From: Candidatus Omnitrophota bacterium
Lineage (GTDB): Bacteria; Omnitrophota; Gorgyraeia; Gygaellales; Profunditerraquicolaceae
DNA length: 62,270 nt
Assembly (NCBI GenBank): GCA_028718225.1
Contig: JAQUMI010000003.1
Location: 1-62,270, forward strand
Direction: 5' to 3'
Shown one piece after another: positions 8,696-18,004 of this stretch (position 1 is its first letter; every line of letters begins with the position of its first letter). Under the pieces are notes generated by a model. The model worked only from the letters and a program-made list of their open reading frames with translations, made no database searches and had not been told where the DNA came from. Position numbers and translations under genes: made by a program.

Positions 8696-8703
8696 ACAAG
8701 CAC

Positions 8704-9522
8704 TTAATCCCAGATATCGTGGATATCTTTCAGCTGTTCGTAAGTAAAAACCGGGCCGTCTTTACAGGCGTAGAATTTACCGACCCGGCAATGCCCACAT
8801 TTCCCCAGGCCGCAGGACATACTTTTTTCCATAGACAGGTATATATCCGGCGGTTGAAATCCCAAATCCAGTAGTTTTAAGGTGACAAATTTCATCATAA
8901 TCGGCGGGCCGCAAACTATTGCCGCAGCGCTGGAGTAATCTACCCCGGTATTATCCAATACCGTAGTCACCAGACCCACATTTCCCGACCAACTGCTATC
9001 TCCCACATCTACGCTGACTAAAACATCCACCTTGTCCTTCTTGCTCCATTCAGGAAGAAGGGTTTTATAGACTATATCCCCGGAAGTACGGCTGCCGTAA
9101 CGCAAGACAACTTTATTATAACTATCAATGCCGGAAAATAAACTGAATAATAACGAGCGCAACGGCGCCAGGCCTACCCCGCCGCCGACGATTAAAATAT
9201 CCCTTCCTTTAAATTTATCCAGAGGATAGCCCTGGCCGTAGGGGCCGCGGATACCTACCATATCACCCTTTTGCAGCGTGTGCAATTTAGAGGTGACTTC
9301 TCCCACATTCATTACGGTGAGTTCTAAACTCTCCTTTATTCCCGGATCCGACGATGGGGTAAAGGGCGCCTCTCCTATTCCGGGCACAGTCAATTCAATA
9401 AATTGACCGGTGGCGAAGTTAAAATCCGCCTCGGGCCTAAGGCGGAAAGTCTTTATCGCGTGCGTTTCTTCAATTATTTCTTCAATAACGGCCTTAACCG
9501 GCTGGTATATATTTTTCTTCAT
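8704..9522 (-). CDS. FAD/NAD(P)-binding [2Fe-2S] flavoprotein, AsrB / sulfhydrogenase gamma (HydG) / PyrK-like
   Basis: FNR-like fold motifs (APFTPSS, GGGVGLAPL) and C-terminal CGLGKCGHCRVG 2Fe-2S motif. Confidence 0.75.
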   Translation of the reverse strand: MKKNIYQPVKAVIEEIIEETHAIKTFRLRPEADFNFATGQFIELTVPGIGEAPFTPSSDPGIKESLELTVMNVGEVTSKLHTLQKGDMVGIRGPYGQGYPLDKFKGRDILIVGGGVGLAPLRSLLFSLFSGIDSYNKVVLRYGSRTSGDIVYKTLLPEWSKKDKVDVLVSVDVGDSSWSGNVGLVTTVLDNTGVDYSSAAAIVCGPPIMMKFVTLKLLDLGFQPPDIYLSMEKSMSCGLGKCGHCRVGKFYACKDGPVFTYEQLKDIHDIWD

Positions 9523-10564
9523 ATAATTTCCGTAATATCCGGCGGATATCTATTTTCCCGGGGCAAACCTCAATGCACCTTCCGCATCCACAGCAGGCCT
9601 GATAACCCAAATTAGCAATAAAAAAATCAAATTTCTTCAAATAGCGGTTACGCAGCCTCATGTAGCGCAGGCGCAGGGGATTGGCCCCACCGGCAACCTT
9701 GGTAAAATTTTTTAAGAGACACCCGTCCCAGAGGCGTAGGCGCCGGGAATTGCCCGACGGAGAATCTTCGCTGAGTAAAAAACAATGACAGGTATCGCAC
9801 ATAAATACGCAGCCGTTACATTCAACGCAAGTGTGCATTTCATCCTGCCAGATCTCTGAATTATAGCCTGATAAGACTACCTCCTGTAAGACCTCTTTTT
9901 TAGGAATCTTATGCTGCGCCAAATGCTCATCCATACGCCGGTTTACCGATTCCCTCTTGGCTGTCCTTCCGGAAAGCTGACCTAAGGTCGCCGGCGTTAA
10001 TATACCTTTTAAAGAAAGAGCGATCATTTTTGCCTTTTGCGAAGCTACATCCAACAGATAACCGTTGTTCAGCGGCGAAAGGTTGAAATCAAAACCCTCG
10101 GCCGGATAGGGGTTAATATCAAATGCCCGGCAGAAACAAACTTCTTTAAAATGCGGGCAGTCGCCGGAAATAACTAACGTATTGTCCCTTCTTGCCTTAT
10201 AAAGCGGGTCTACTTCCTTGCCTCCCAGGAATACGAAATCCTGCACTTTTAAAGAAAAAATATCGCAATTCTTTATACCGCAGAGCGCCTGGGGCCTTTC
10301 CTTATAATTGCCGATATCTTCTTTGTAATGCGTAAGGAACGCGCGGGTCGGTTCTGCTACGCGGTATTCATTAAAAACTATCTCTTCCCTGTTAACCTGA
10401 GAGAATTTCTTTAAGAAATAATCTGCGGTAGGAAGCCTGGCCTTGCCTTCGTATTCATACTTAAGCGCAGATTCGGCTTTAACCGGGACATACAGGTCAT
10501 ATTCCTGCTCTATACGCTCATAGAATTTAAGCAGGTCATCGTTTTTGAAAAAATAGGTTTCCAT
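9494..10564 (-). CDS. Fe-S subunit, AsrA / sulfhydrogenase beta (HydB)-like
   Basis: CVECNGCVFMCDTCHC and CCGCGRCIEVCPGKIDI motifs. Size and architecture match the AsrA/HydB family. Confidence 0.7.
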   Translation of the reverse strand: METYFFKNDDLLKFYERIEQEYDLYVPVKAESALKYEYEGKARLPTADYFLKKFSQVNREEIVFNEYRVAEPTRAFLTHYKEDIGNYKERPQALCGIKNCDIFSLKVQDFVFLGGKEVDPLYKARRDNTLVISGDCPHFKEVCFCRAFDINPYPAEGFDFNLSPLNNGYLLDVASQKAKMIALSLKGILTPATLGQLSGRTAKRESVNRRMDEHLAQHKIPKKEVLQEVVLSGYNSEIWQDEMHTCVECNGCVFMCDTCHCFLLSEDSPSGNSRRLRLWDGCLLKNFTKVAGGANPLRLRYMRLRNRYLKKFDFFIANLGYQACCGCGRCIEVCPGKIDIRRILRKLYEEKYIPAG

Positions 10565-11014
10565 TTATGGCTTTAAAAGCCTTTCCCTTACCAGATCGCT
10601 GACTAGTTTACCGTCTGCCTGGCCGGCTATTTTTACGTTGACTTCTTTCATAACTCTGCCCATATCCTTCAGGCCGCTTGCGCCGGTAGCAGCCATAGCC
10701 TCCTCGATTATCTTCTTAATTTCGTCACTGGAGATCTCGGGAGGAAGGTAGGTCTTTAATACTTCCAGCTCTTGCTTCTCTTTTTCGGCCATCTCAAGGC
10801 GTGCGCCTTTGGTGAATTGTTCGATGGAATCCTGGTGCTGTTTTATCTGTTTCTTGATTACGGTAATTACTTCACTATCATCGAGCACCGCCTTCTTTTT
10901 AGCAACCGCCAAGTTCATCATATCCGCCCTTAAAAAACTCAGCACCGAACTCTTTAAAGTATCCCTGGATTTCATCGCCTCTTTGTAATCGTTAAGAACT
11001 TTCTCTTCCAGCAT
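10565..11014 (-). CDS. yqeY: GatB/YqeY domain protein
   Basis: Typical YqeY N-terminus (LNDYKEAMKSRD...) and C-terminal GKLVSDLVRE pattern. Confidence 0.8.
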   Translation of the reverse strand: MLEEKVLNDYKEAMKSRDTLKSSVLSFLRADMMNLAVAKKKAVLDDSEVITVIKKQIKQHQDSIEQFTKGARLEMAEKEKQELEVLKTYLPPEISSDEIKKIIEEAMAATGASGLKDMGRVMKEVNVKIAGQADGKLVSDLVRERLLKP

Positions 11015-11026
11015 ATAGCCTCCCGT

Positions 11027-11929
11027 CTAAAGCAGAATACATTTTTTAAAGTTCACCAGCCTCTTGTTTAAATCCCTCATCGCTAGCCTGCAGGTCCTCT
11101 CCAGGCCAAAGCCTTCAATATTAAAAGAAGCGGCGATAGTCCCGAAAACAAGCCCCTTTCTTATATTTTGCATATTGACTGACTTGGTTTTAGCCAAATA
11201 CCCCATAAAACCCCCGGCAAAAGTATCCCCTGCCCCGGTAGGGTCAATTACCTTATCTGCCGGGTACGCCGGAAGCGAGAAGATGAACTTATCATTATAA
11301 AACAAAACTCCGTGTTCTCCTTTTTTAATCAAAACCATCTTAGGACCGAAGGAGCGCAAAGCGCGGGCTGCCTGAATTAAATTATGTTCCTGGGATAAAG
11401 AGCGCGCCTCTTGGTCATTGGCTACATAGATATGTACTTGCCTTAACAGACGCAGAAGTGATTTACGTTTATTATTAATCCAGTAATTCATGCTATCCAG
11501 AGCAATAAGCTTAGGCGAACGCATATGCCCCAGCAGATGCCGCTGGATGTCCGGGTCAACATTAGCCAGGAAAACGTATTCTATCCTTTTCTGTTCTTCT
11601 GAAATCTTAGGCTTAAATGTACTCAAGACCCCTAATTCGGTATTCAAAGTAATAGCGGTATTTAAATCGCCTTGATATTCTCCTGACCATTGAAAGGTCT
11701 TGCCTGAGGCCTCGCGGATAAGCGCGCTAAGATTAATGCCTTTAGCCTCTAAAAAATCTATATGTTTCTGGGGAAAATCCTTTCCTACAATGGCGACGAG
11801 ATTTACTGGAGTGAAGATGCGCGCGGCCATGGAAAAATGCGCGGCTGAACCGCCAAGCATCTTTTTCCTTTGGCCAAAAGGAGTCTTCACATTATCCAGC
11901 GCCACTGTCCCCAAAACCAGTATACTCAT
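11027..11929 (-). CDS. PfkB-family carbohydrate/nucleoside kinase
   Basis: DPTGAGDTFAGGF anion-hole/ATP motif and overall ribokinase-like pattern. Confidence 0.75.
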   Translation of the reverse strand: MSILVLGTVALDNVKTPFGQRKKMLGGSAAHFSMAARIFTPVNLVAIVGKDFPQKHIDFLEAKGINLSALIREASGKTFQWSGEYQGDLNTAITLNTELGVLSTFKPKISEEQKRIEYVFLANVDPDIQRHLLGHMRSPKLIALDSMNYWINNKRKSLLRLLRQVHIYVANDQEARSLSQEHNLIQAARALRSFGPKMVLIKKGEHGVLFYNDKFIFSLPAYPADKVIDPTGAGDTFAGGFMGYLAKTKSVNMQNIRKGLVFGTIAASFNIEGFGLERTCRLAMRDLNKRLVNFKKCILL

Positions 11930-11938
11930 TCTTCTCCC

Positions 11939-12709
11939 TTAGCGGAGCTTCAACCAAAACACCGCTGCTATAAGTATTCGGTATATCCCAAAAGGGATAA
12001 ATGTATGTTTCTTTATGAAAACAAGGAGGAACTTTATGGCTAAAAGCGCAACCAATAATGAAACAATGAACCCGGCACCTAAAACCAGGAACTGGCCTGT
12101 TTTGAAAGTTCCGGCGCTCTTAACCAGGTCCAGGGCAGTTGCAGCGCACAGCGTAGGGATAGCCAGCAAAAAAGAAAATTCCACTATTGTTTTGCGTTTT
12201 AAGCCAACCGCCAGGCCCCCGACAATTGTTGCTGCGGAGCGCGAAACTCCCGGGATAACGGCAACTGACTGAAAAAGACCGATTAGGAAAGCCTGCGGAT
12301 AAGATATTGACGTTAATTCATCTGAAGAGCCCTGCTTTTCCCCGTGAAAAATTTCAAAAAGAATAAGCGCGATCCCTCCCAAAAATAATGCCCAAAGCAC
12401 TACTGAATCGCTGCTTAAGAAGAAGGTTTTAATAACCTTATACAGCAATGCCCCGATTACCATCGTCGGTAGAAAAGCCGTAAAGATCTTCTTCCAGATA
12501 TCCAGGCCCTTGGACAACTCTTTCCAATAGAGAATAACCACGGCCAGGATCGCGCCGCTTTGGATAGCGATCTCAAAACTTTTGACAAACTCTGTCTGAC
12601 TAATTCCTATACTGCGGCTGGCCAGCATCAAATGCCCGGTAGAAGAAATAGGCAGAAATTCTGTAATTCCTTCAATAATCCCGAGAAAAATAGCTTGTGT
12701 TAAATCCAT
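11939..12709 (-). CDS. uppP: undecaprenyl-diphosphate phosphatase
   Basis: EFLPISSTGHL signature and 8-TM pattern. Confidence 0.9.
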   Translation of the reverse strand: MDLTQAIFLGIIEGITEFLPISSTGHLMLASRSIGISQTEFVKSFEIAIQSGAILAVVILYWKELSKGLDIWKKIFTAFLPTMVIGALLYKVIKTFFLSSDSVVLWALFLGGIALILFEIFHGEKQGSSDELTSISYPQAFLIGLFQSVAVIPGVSRSAATIVGGLAVGLKRKTIVEFSFLLAIPTLCAATALDLVKSAGTFKTGQFLVLGAGFIVSLLVALLAIKFLLVFIKKHTFIPFGIYRILIAAVFWLKLR

Positions 12710-13308
12710 TACCGTCCCTGACTATGCTTGTCCAAAAAATCCCTGAAATCTCTAGGTAAATCGCTTTTTAACTGTAATGATTTTCCGCTTACCGGGTGCG
12801 TAAATTCTAACTCGGCGGCATGCAACATAAGTCTTTTAGCCTTAATCTTAAAATCGCGCCGGAAGGCATATTTAGCCTCGCCTAATATGGGATACCCCAG
12901 TTGCTTAAAATGAATCCTTATCTGGTTAGTGCGGCCGGTTAAGGGATTAACTTCTACAATAGCAAAATCTTTTCTTTTTGCAATAACTTTATAACGGGTT
13001 ATAGCGCTTAAACCCTCGATCCTGTTCTTAATCTCTCCCTGGTTTTTAAAAGGAATACCCCGCACGCAAGCGATATAAGCCTTCTTGACCTTTCTCTGCC
13101 TGAACTCATCCATCATCTTCTGCTGGATATTCTTAACTTTGGCGTAGATGATCAAACCGGACGTTTCCCGGTCAAGCCGATGGCAGGGGTATAAATTTAA
13201 AATACTGGTAAGTGTGCGCTGTTCGTTTTTAGGGGTAGGTACGGTTAAAAGCCCGGATGGCTTATCTACTACCAGAAGCCATTGGTCTTCGTAGATTATG
13301 GGGATCAT
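12709..13308 (-). CDS. RluA-family pseudouridine synthase (short, no S4 domain)
   Basis: HRLDRETSGL catalytic motif and TGRTNQIRIH. Confidence 0.8.
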   Translation of the reverse strand: MIPIIYEDQWLLVVDKPSGLLTVPTPKNEQRTLTSILNLYPCHRLDRETSGLIIYAKVKNIQQKMMDEFRQRKVKKAYIACVRGIPFKNQGEIKNRIEGLSAITRYKVIAKRKDFAIVEVNPLTGRTNQIRIHFKQLGYPILGEAKYAFRRDFKIKAKRLMLHAAELEFTHPVSGKSLQLKSDLPRDFRDFLDKHSQGR

Positions 13309-13327
13309 CCCGCTTTAAACTCTCCGC

Positions 13328-14245
13328 TTAGACTATCTCAAGCATCCGGTCAATCGCTTTTTTAGCGCGCTTACGGATATCACCAGGCACCTTTACTTCT
13401 TCTTTTAATTCCTCCAGCGACCAGAGTATCTTCTCCTGTGTTGTGCGCTTCATATTCGGACAGATCGCCCGTTCAGAAGCCGGATAAAACTCTTTCCCGG
13501 GATTATCTTTTTTCAAACGGTAGATTAACCCTACCTCTGTTCCGACAATCATCTCCTTGGCTTCTGTCTCCCGGGCAAATTTAGCCATCTGACTGGTAGA
13601 TAAAACCGCATCCGCCATCGCCACAACAGACGGCAGGCATTCCGGATGCACAATAACCTTGGCAAAGGGATGGAATTTTCTTTCGCGCTTGACATCTTCA
13701 GGAAGGATCTTGATATGGCTAGGGCAGAATCCGTTCCAGGTAACTAACGTCCGGCCTGTTCTCTTGGCGACGAAATCCGCCAGGTATTTATCCGGTACAA
13801 AAATTATCTCCTTCTTATTTTTCAGGTAATTAACCACCGCGACGGCATTGGTTGAAGTGCAGCAATAGTCCAGTTCAGCCTTAACCTCCGCCGAAGAATT
13901 CACATAGCCTACGACTGCCGCGTCCGGATGCTCTTTTTTCAGTTTTCTTAAATCCCCGGCGCTAAGCATGTTCGCCATCGGGCAACCGGCATTGGCATCC
14001 GGCATGATCACTTTTTTGTCCGGAGAAAGGATCGAAGCGGTCTCAGCCATAAAATAAACTCCGCAGAAAACAATTACCTTAGCTTCAGTCTTGGCGGCAA
14101 TGCGGGAAAGTTCCAGGGAATCTCCCCTGTAGTCCGCTACCTCCTGGACTTCGGGAAGCTGATAATTATGCGCAAGGATCACGGCGTCGCGCTGTTTTTT
14201 AAGCTCTTTGATCCTGCCTTCCAAAACAGAAATATTTTTAGGCAT
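13328..14245 (-). CDS. nadA: quinolinate synthase
   Basis: Length and motifs typical of NadA type 2 (ILAHNYQ, GCPMA, VVHPEC). Confidence 0.9.
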   Translation of the reverse strand: MPKNISVLEGRIKELKKQRDAVILAHNYQLPEVQEVADYRGDSLELSRIAAKTEAKVIVFCGVYFMAETASILSPDKKVIMPDANAGCPMANMLSAGDLRKLKKEHPDAAVVGYVNSSAEVKAELDYCCTSTNAVAVVNYLKNKKEIIFVPDKYLADFVAKRTGRTLVTWNGFCPSHIKILPEDVKRERKFHPFAKVIVHPECLPSVVAMADAVLSTSQMAKFARETEAKEMIVGTEVGLIYRLKKDNPGKEFYPASERAICPNMKRTTQEKILWSLEELKEEVKVPGDIRKRAKKAIDRMLEIV

Positions 14246-15313
14246 TTAACTTATAACCTCATCAATGATCGCTCCGCCTATGACCCTGTTCTTATCATAG
14301 AAAACTGCTGATTGACCGGGAGTTACAGCGAATTGCGGTTTTTTAAAGATTACTCTGGATTTGTTGCCGAAGGAAAACAAATCTGCCTTAGCTTCTTGGT
14401 GATTATACCTTATTTTTACCTTGAGGGCAACCTTTTTTAGCGGGGGTTTGGTGGTAAAATGTAAATCTTCGGCCAGGAACCCAAAGGCGCTGGCTTCATC
14501 TTTCGAGCCGATATGAATACTGTTAGACTTAGGGTCAATCCGGGTTATGTAAACCGGATAGCCCTTAGCCACTCCTAAGCCTTGGCGCTGTCCAACTGTA
14601 TAATAAGCAATACCTTTATGTCGGCCGACAATATCCCCCTGGGCATCTATGATCGGCCCCGGCAGCAGCTCTTTATTAAACCTGCTTCTTAGAAAAGAAC
14701 GGTAATCGTCATTCGGGAGAAAGCATATCTCCTGGCTAGCTTTTTTTTCAGCTACCGGCAACTTAAACTTCCGAGCTAGTTTCCTTACTTCCTTTTTAGT
14801 GTAATTACCCAGCGGAAAGAGTGCATGCTTAAGCTGGGACTGATTTAGACGGTATAAAAAATAAGACTGGTCTTTCTTGGAATCCTTGGCCTTCTTAAGC
14901 AAAAAACCCGCAGGGGTTTTGGCTATCCTAGCGTAATGCCCGGTCGCCAAAAACCGGGCGCCTAAAGCTTTTGCCCGCTCCAGGAGCTCGCCGAATTTAA
15001 GGTATTGATTACAAGTTATACAAGGATTGGGCGTGCGGCCGGTAAGATACTCCCGGCAGAAATCCCGGATTACCCGCTCTTCCAGGGATTTTTGCATATT
15101 CAAGACATAATGCTTTATCCCTAATTTATGCGCTACTCTCCGGGCATCCTCCAGGCCTTGCCTGCTGCAGCAGCCGATTTTTTTTCGGCTTGACTGCGCA
15201 AGATTAAAACACATAGTAATCCCGATAACTTCATAGCCTTTAGCCTTTAAAAGTGCTGCGGCTACCGAAGAATCCACCCCTCCGCTCATCGCCACTAATA
15301 CGCGCTTTTTCAT
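14246..15313 (-). CDS. mnmA: tRNA 2-thiouridine(34) synthase
   Basis: Start moved to MKKRVLVAMSGGVDSS (PP-loop at the N-terminus; the longer ORF starts at TTG). NPCITCN and QSYFL motifs. Confidence 0.9.
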   Translation of the reverse strand: MKKRVLVAMSGGVDSSVAAALLKAKGYEVIGITMCFNLAQSSRKKIGCCSRQGLEDARRVAHKLGIKHYVLNMQKSLEERVIRDFCREYLTGRTPNPCITCNQYLKFGELLERAKALGARFLATGHYARIAKTPAGFLLKKAKDSKKDQSYFLYRLNQSQLKHALFPLGNYTKKEVRKLARKFKLPVAEKKASQEICFLPNDDYRSFLRSRFNKELLPGPIIDAQGDIVGRHKGIAYYTVGQRQGLGVAKGYPVYITRIDPKSNSIHIGSKDEASAFGFLAEDLHFTTKPPLKKVALKVKIRYNHQEAKADLFSFGNKSRVIFKKPQFAVTPGQSAVFYDKNRVIGGAIIDEVIS

Positions 15314-15411
15314 TTTTATTATTATAACATAGTAAATGGATATAGACAAACTTAGACCGGCCTAGCGTATAAAGAGCACCTAGGGAAGCGGTCCCTATTC
15401 TTGTCCTCCTA

Positions 15412-15450
15412 TAACAAAAAAGGCCCAACACTTGCGCGTTGAGCCTTTTC
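15412..15450 (-). terminator. rho-independent terminator after cspA
   Basis: GGCTCAAC/GTTGGGCC stem (one mismatch) followed by TTTTTTGTT on the minus strand; A-run on the other side. Confidence 0.5.
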
Positions 15451-15466
15451 TTTTTTCTTTTTTAGG

Positions 15467-15667
15467 TTATAACTTGACTACTTTTGTAGCTTGCTCGCCC
15501 TTCGGACCTTTTTCAATTTCAAATTCTACTTCCTGGCCCTCTTCTAAAGTCTTATAGCCATCACCCTGTATAGCTGTATGATGCACGAAGACATCATTAC
15601 CATTCTCAGGAGTAATAAATCCATAACCTTTCTGGTTGGAAAACCACTTTACTTTACCTTTTGCCAT
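15467..15667 (-). CDS. cspA: cold-shock protein (CSD)
   Basis: Start moved to [18 protein letters not shown], preceded by GGAGGAA. RNP1 (KGYGFI) and RNP2 (VFVHH) motifs. Confidence 0.9.
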   Translation of the reverse strand: MAKGKVKWFSNQKGYGFITPENGNDVFVHHTAIQGDGYKTLEEGQEVEFEIEKGPKGEQATKVVKL

Positions 15668-15817
15668 TACTGCAATTCCTCCTTCCTTCTGAAATTTTAG
15701 TAAACTTTGCGCAATAGAAAAACCGTAAGGTATGTCGTTCTTTCTCCTTACGGTCAAGACCTTCTACTACCTCGTTCACTATGAGTGTAATTGTACACTA
15801 AATTAAGCGTTTGTCAA
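15668..15817 (-). promoter_or_regulatory. cspA promoter and long structured 5' UTR
   Basis: TTGACA (15817-15812), 16-nt spacer, TACAAT (15795-15790). UTR of roughly 120 nt contains a 9-bp hairpin ACCGTAAGG (15722-15730) / CCTTACGGT (15746-15754). Confidence 0.5.
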
Positions 15818-15824
15818 CTAAAAT

Positions 15825-16115
15825 TTACCTGACTTTATCCATCCTTCTAAGGTTATAATAACCCAATACTTTTACCTTGGCCTTGGATTTAGTTACCAAC
15901 CAAGCATGGTACTTCTGCATAAAGCGGTCATGGTCGCTCTTTTTATCCCATTCATACACGGAAGCATACTGATTAAGATAGCCGTAGCGTTTCATGGTAG
16001 AGTAAGCCACAAAACCTTTGGCTTTTTTGGCGAAACCCGCCCACATCAGGCTGTCCTTGCGGTATTTAACCACTTCTTTAGGTTTAATTTGGAATAAGAC
16101 AACGTGGGTGAACAT
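15825..16115 (-). CDS. small ferredoxin-fold (ABM/Dabb-like) protein
   Basis: 96 aa; MFTHVVLFQIKP... beta-alpha-beta pattern resembles ABM/Dabb domains. Weak call. Confidence 0.35.
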   Translation of the reverse strand: MFTHVVLFQIKPKEVVKYRKDSLMWAGFAKKAKGFVAYSTMKRYGYLNQYASVYEWDKKSDHDRFMQKYHAWLVTKSKAKVKVLGYYNLRRMDKVR

Positions 16116-16140
16116 TAGTCAATATTATAGCAATATTTTA

Positions 16141-17940
16141 TTACCATTCAAGCTTAAAACCAGAACCAACCCATCTCCCGGGTTGAGGAATACCTTCTAT
16201 TTCTTGATACCCGACATTAAGCAGGTTTGTACCGGAAAGAAATAACGACATATCTTTGTTTAAACGGAAGTTGGCGCGGGCATTAAGCAGGAACCAGCCT
16301 GAGCGTCCGGGTTTCTGCTTGTAGGTAAAACCCATGGATTGGGAGCCAAAAGGTAATTTCAATTTCAATTCGGAATTCCACAGGTGCCGGCTATAATTCT
16401 CCCCGTATTTAAAAAGATACCCGGCCTTATTCGCGGATTTATTAATATAGGTATAATTGCTGTTAACGCTCGTAATTCTATTTATTTCCCACTCGAATTT
16501 AGCCTCTATCCCAAATACATCCGCCCCGGGGATATTTTGAGCTTGCCATGGCTGGCTAGGATCGGTCCTTACCCAGTCAATAAAATCATCTTCCCGCCTT
16601 AAGAATAGCGTCAGGCCCGAAAATAATTTCTTTCTTTTCATTTCATAACCGATTTCGTAATTCAGGGATTCTTCGGCGCTAAGGCTAGAGTTGCCTATAG
16701 TTGTAGGGTCACTATAATAAAGCTCGGTGAAGGAAGGCACGCGCATATTCCTGGAGACGGCGCAATGCAGGAAATTCGCAGGGTTAATCTCATAACGTAA
16801 AGCTGCTGCTCCGGTATAAACATTTTTAAATCCGGCATAGTCATCCAAGCGAAAAGATAGATCTATATAAATTTGCGGAGCTAGAGCAAGCGTATCATCA
16901 ATAAATATGCTCTTGTGTTCCCTGGTATGCCGTCCTAAGGTAGTGGAAGTAATCCGTTCATTTCCATATTCGGCGCCAAAGCCGGCTTTCCCCAATTTCA
17001 AGAAATCTTTTTGAAAATAAATACTCGGGGTATAGGTATCGTTGCGGTGATTTGCGACAAAGTTACTGCGTAGGCCCGTTTTATCAAGCGTAAACTTATC
17101 AAAGTGCCTGCGCCAGATAAAATTCGGCTTAATAATTAATCCTTCTTTATCTAAATTTAAGCCGGCGTCTAAAAGATAGGTTCGCGTCCGCTCTTTCGAA
17201 GGATAACCCTGCCCCGGAGTATAAAAATCATACGCGCCAAAATCCTTCCTCTGATACCCTATATTTAAATCCAACGATCCCAAGGGCAAACCTAATGACG
17301 AAACTGCGCTCGCGGTGAATTTCTTATAATCCGTATCTTCATGGAAACCGCCTGATTCCTCATTTTCTACGGATAACCTAACGCCTAAATCCCTGATTTT
17401 ATCGCTTACGCTCAAAAGCTGGGAGAAACTGCCGTATTGGCCGCCGGATAATTCCAGGATGCATTTTTTTTCATCGGGCTTGCGGATAACAAAGTTGATT
17501 GCCCCGCCTATCGCATCCGGGCCAAACATCGATGAAGAAGCTGCTGGCAATACCTGCAACCTGGAAATATCCGCTCGGGTAAATGGAATATCCGAATTAA
17601 AATGGGCGGTCTGGGGATCATTAACGCGTTCACCATTAAGTAAAATCAGCACATCCTGGAAACTCGAGCCGCGCAGGGAGTAATCCGTTTGTATCGCATC
17701 CTGCGGAGAGCGGCTCTGTAAGTCTACCGGAAGAATACTTAATCCTTCTATGAATGAATTATAGGGGAGACTTACGAAATCTACAGAATCCAGGGAATAT
17801 TGCTCGAGGAAAAACTTCCTGTTCTTGGCAACGACAATTTTCTCTAACCTGGATAGGGAGTTATCCTCTCCAAGAGCAGGCGAAAATAATCCCAGCATAA
17901 TTACTAAAAAAAATAAAACGCGCCGCTTTATCTTTTGCAT
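16141..17940 (-). CDS. TonB-dependent outer-membrane receptor
   Basis: Signal peptide, plug-region motif LRGSSFQDVLILLNGERVNDP and C-terminal ...GFKLEW aromatic terminus. Confidence 0.8.
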   Translation of the reverse strand: MQKIKRRVLFFLVIMLGLFSPALGEDNSLSRLEKIVVAKNRKFFLEQYSLDSVDFVSLPYNSFIEGLSILPVDLQSRSPQDAIQTDYSLRGSSFQDVLILLNGERVNDPQTAHFNSDIPFTRADISRLQVLPAASSSMFGPDAIGGAINFVIRKPDEKKCILELSGGQYGSFSQLLSVSDKIRDLGVRLSVENEESGGFHEDTDYKKFTASAVSSLGLPLGSLDLNIGYQRKDFGAYDFYTPGQGYPSKERTRTYLLDAGLNLDKEGLIIKPNFIWRRHFDKFTLDKTGLRSNFVANHRNDTYTPSIYFQKDFLKLGKAGFGAEYGNERITSTTLGRHTREHKSIFIDDTLALAPQIYIDLSFRLDDYAGFKNVYTGAAALRYEINPANFLHCAVSRNMRVPSFTELYYSDPTTIGNSSLSAEESLNYEIGYEMKRKKLFSGLTLFLRREDDFIDWVRTDPSQPWQAQNIPGADVFGIEAKFEWEINRITSVNSNYTYINKSANKAGYLFKYGENYSRHLWNSELKLKLPFGSQSMGFTYKQKPGRSGWFLLNARANFRLNKDMSLFLSGTNLLNVGYQEIEGIPQPGRWVGSGFKLEW

Positions 17941-17975
17941 AATGCCTATTATAAATGGGCGCGCCTAACTGTCAA
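17941..17975 (-). promoter_or_regulatory. sigma70-like promoter placed for a leaderless TonB-receptor mRNA
   Basis: TTGACA (17975-17970), 16-nt spacer, TATAAT (17953-17948), then only 7 nt to the ATG. No Shine-Dalgarno. Confidence 0.45.
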
Positions 17976-18004
17976 CCAGTTTTATATTTTCAGTTTACAA
18001 TTGT

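Noticed and set aside
8704-10564. Reading the asrA/asrB-like genes as anaerobic sulfite reductase.
   Set aside because: There is no AsrC (siroheme catalytic subunit) gene. The pair instead precedes a polyferredoxin and a hydrogenase, as in sulfhydrogenase beta/gamma-type modules.
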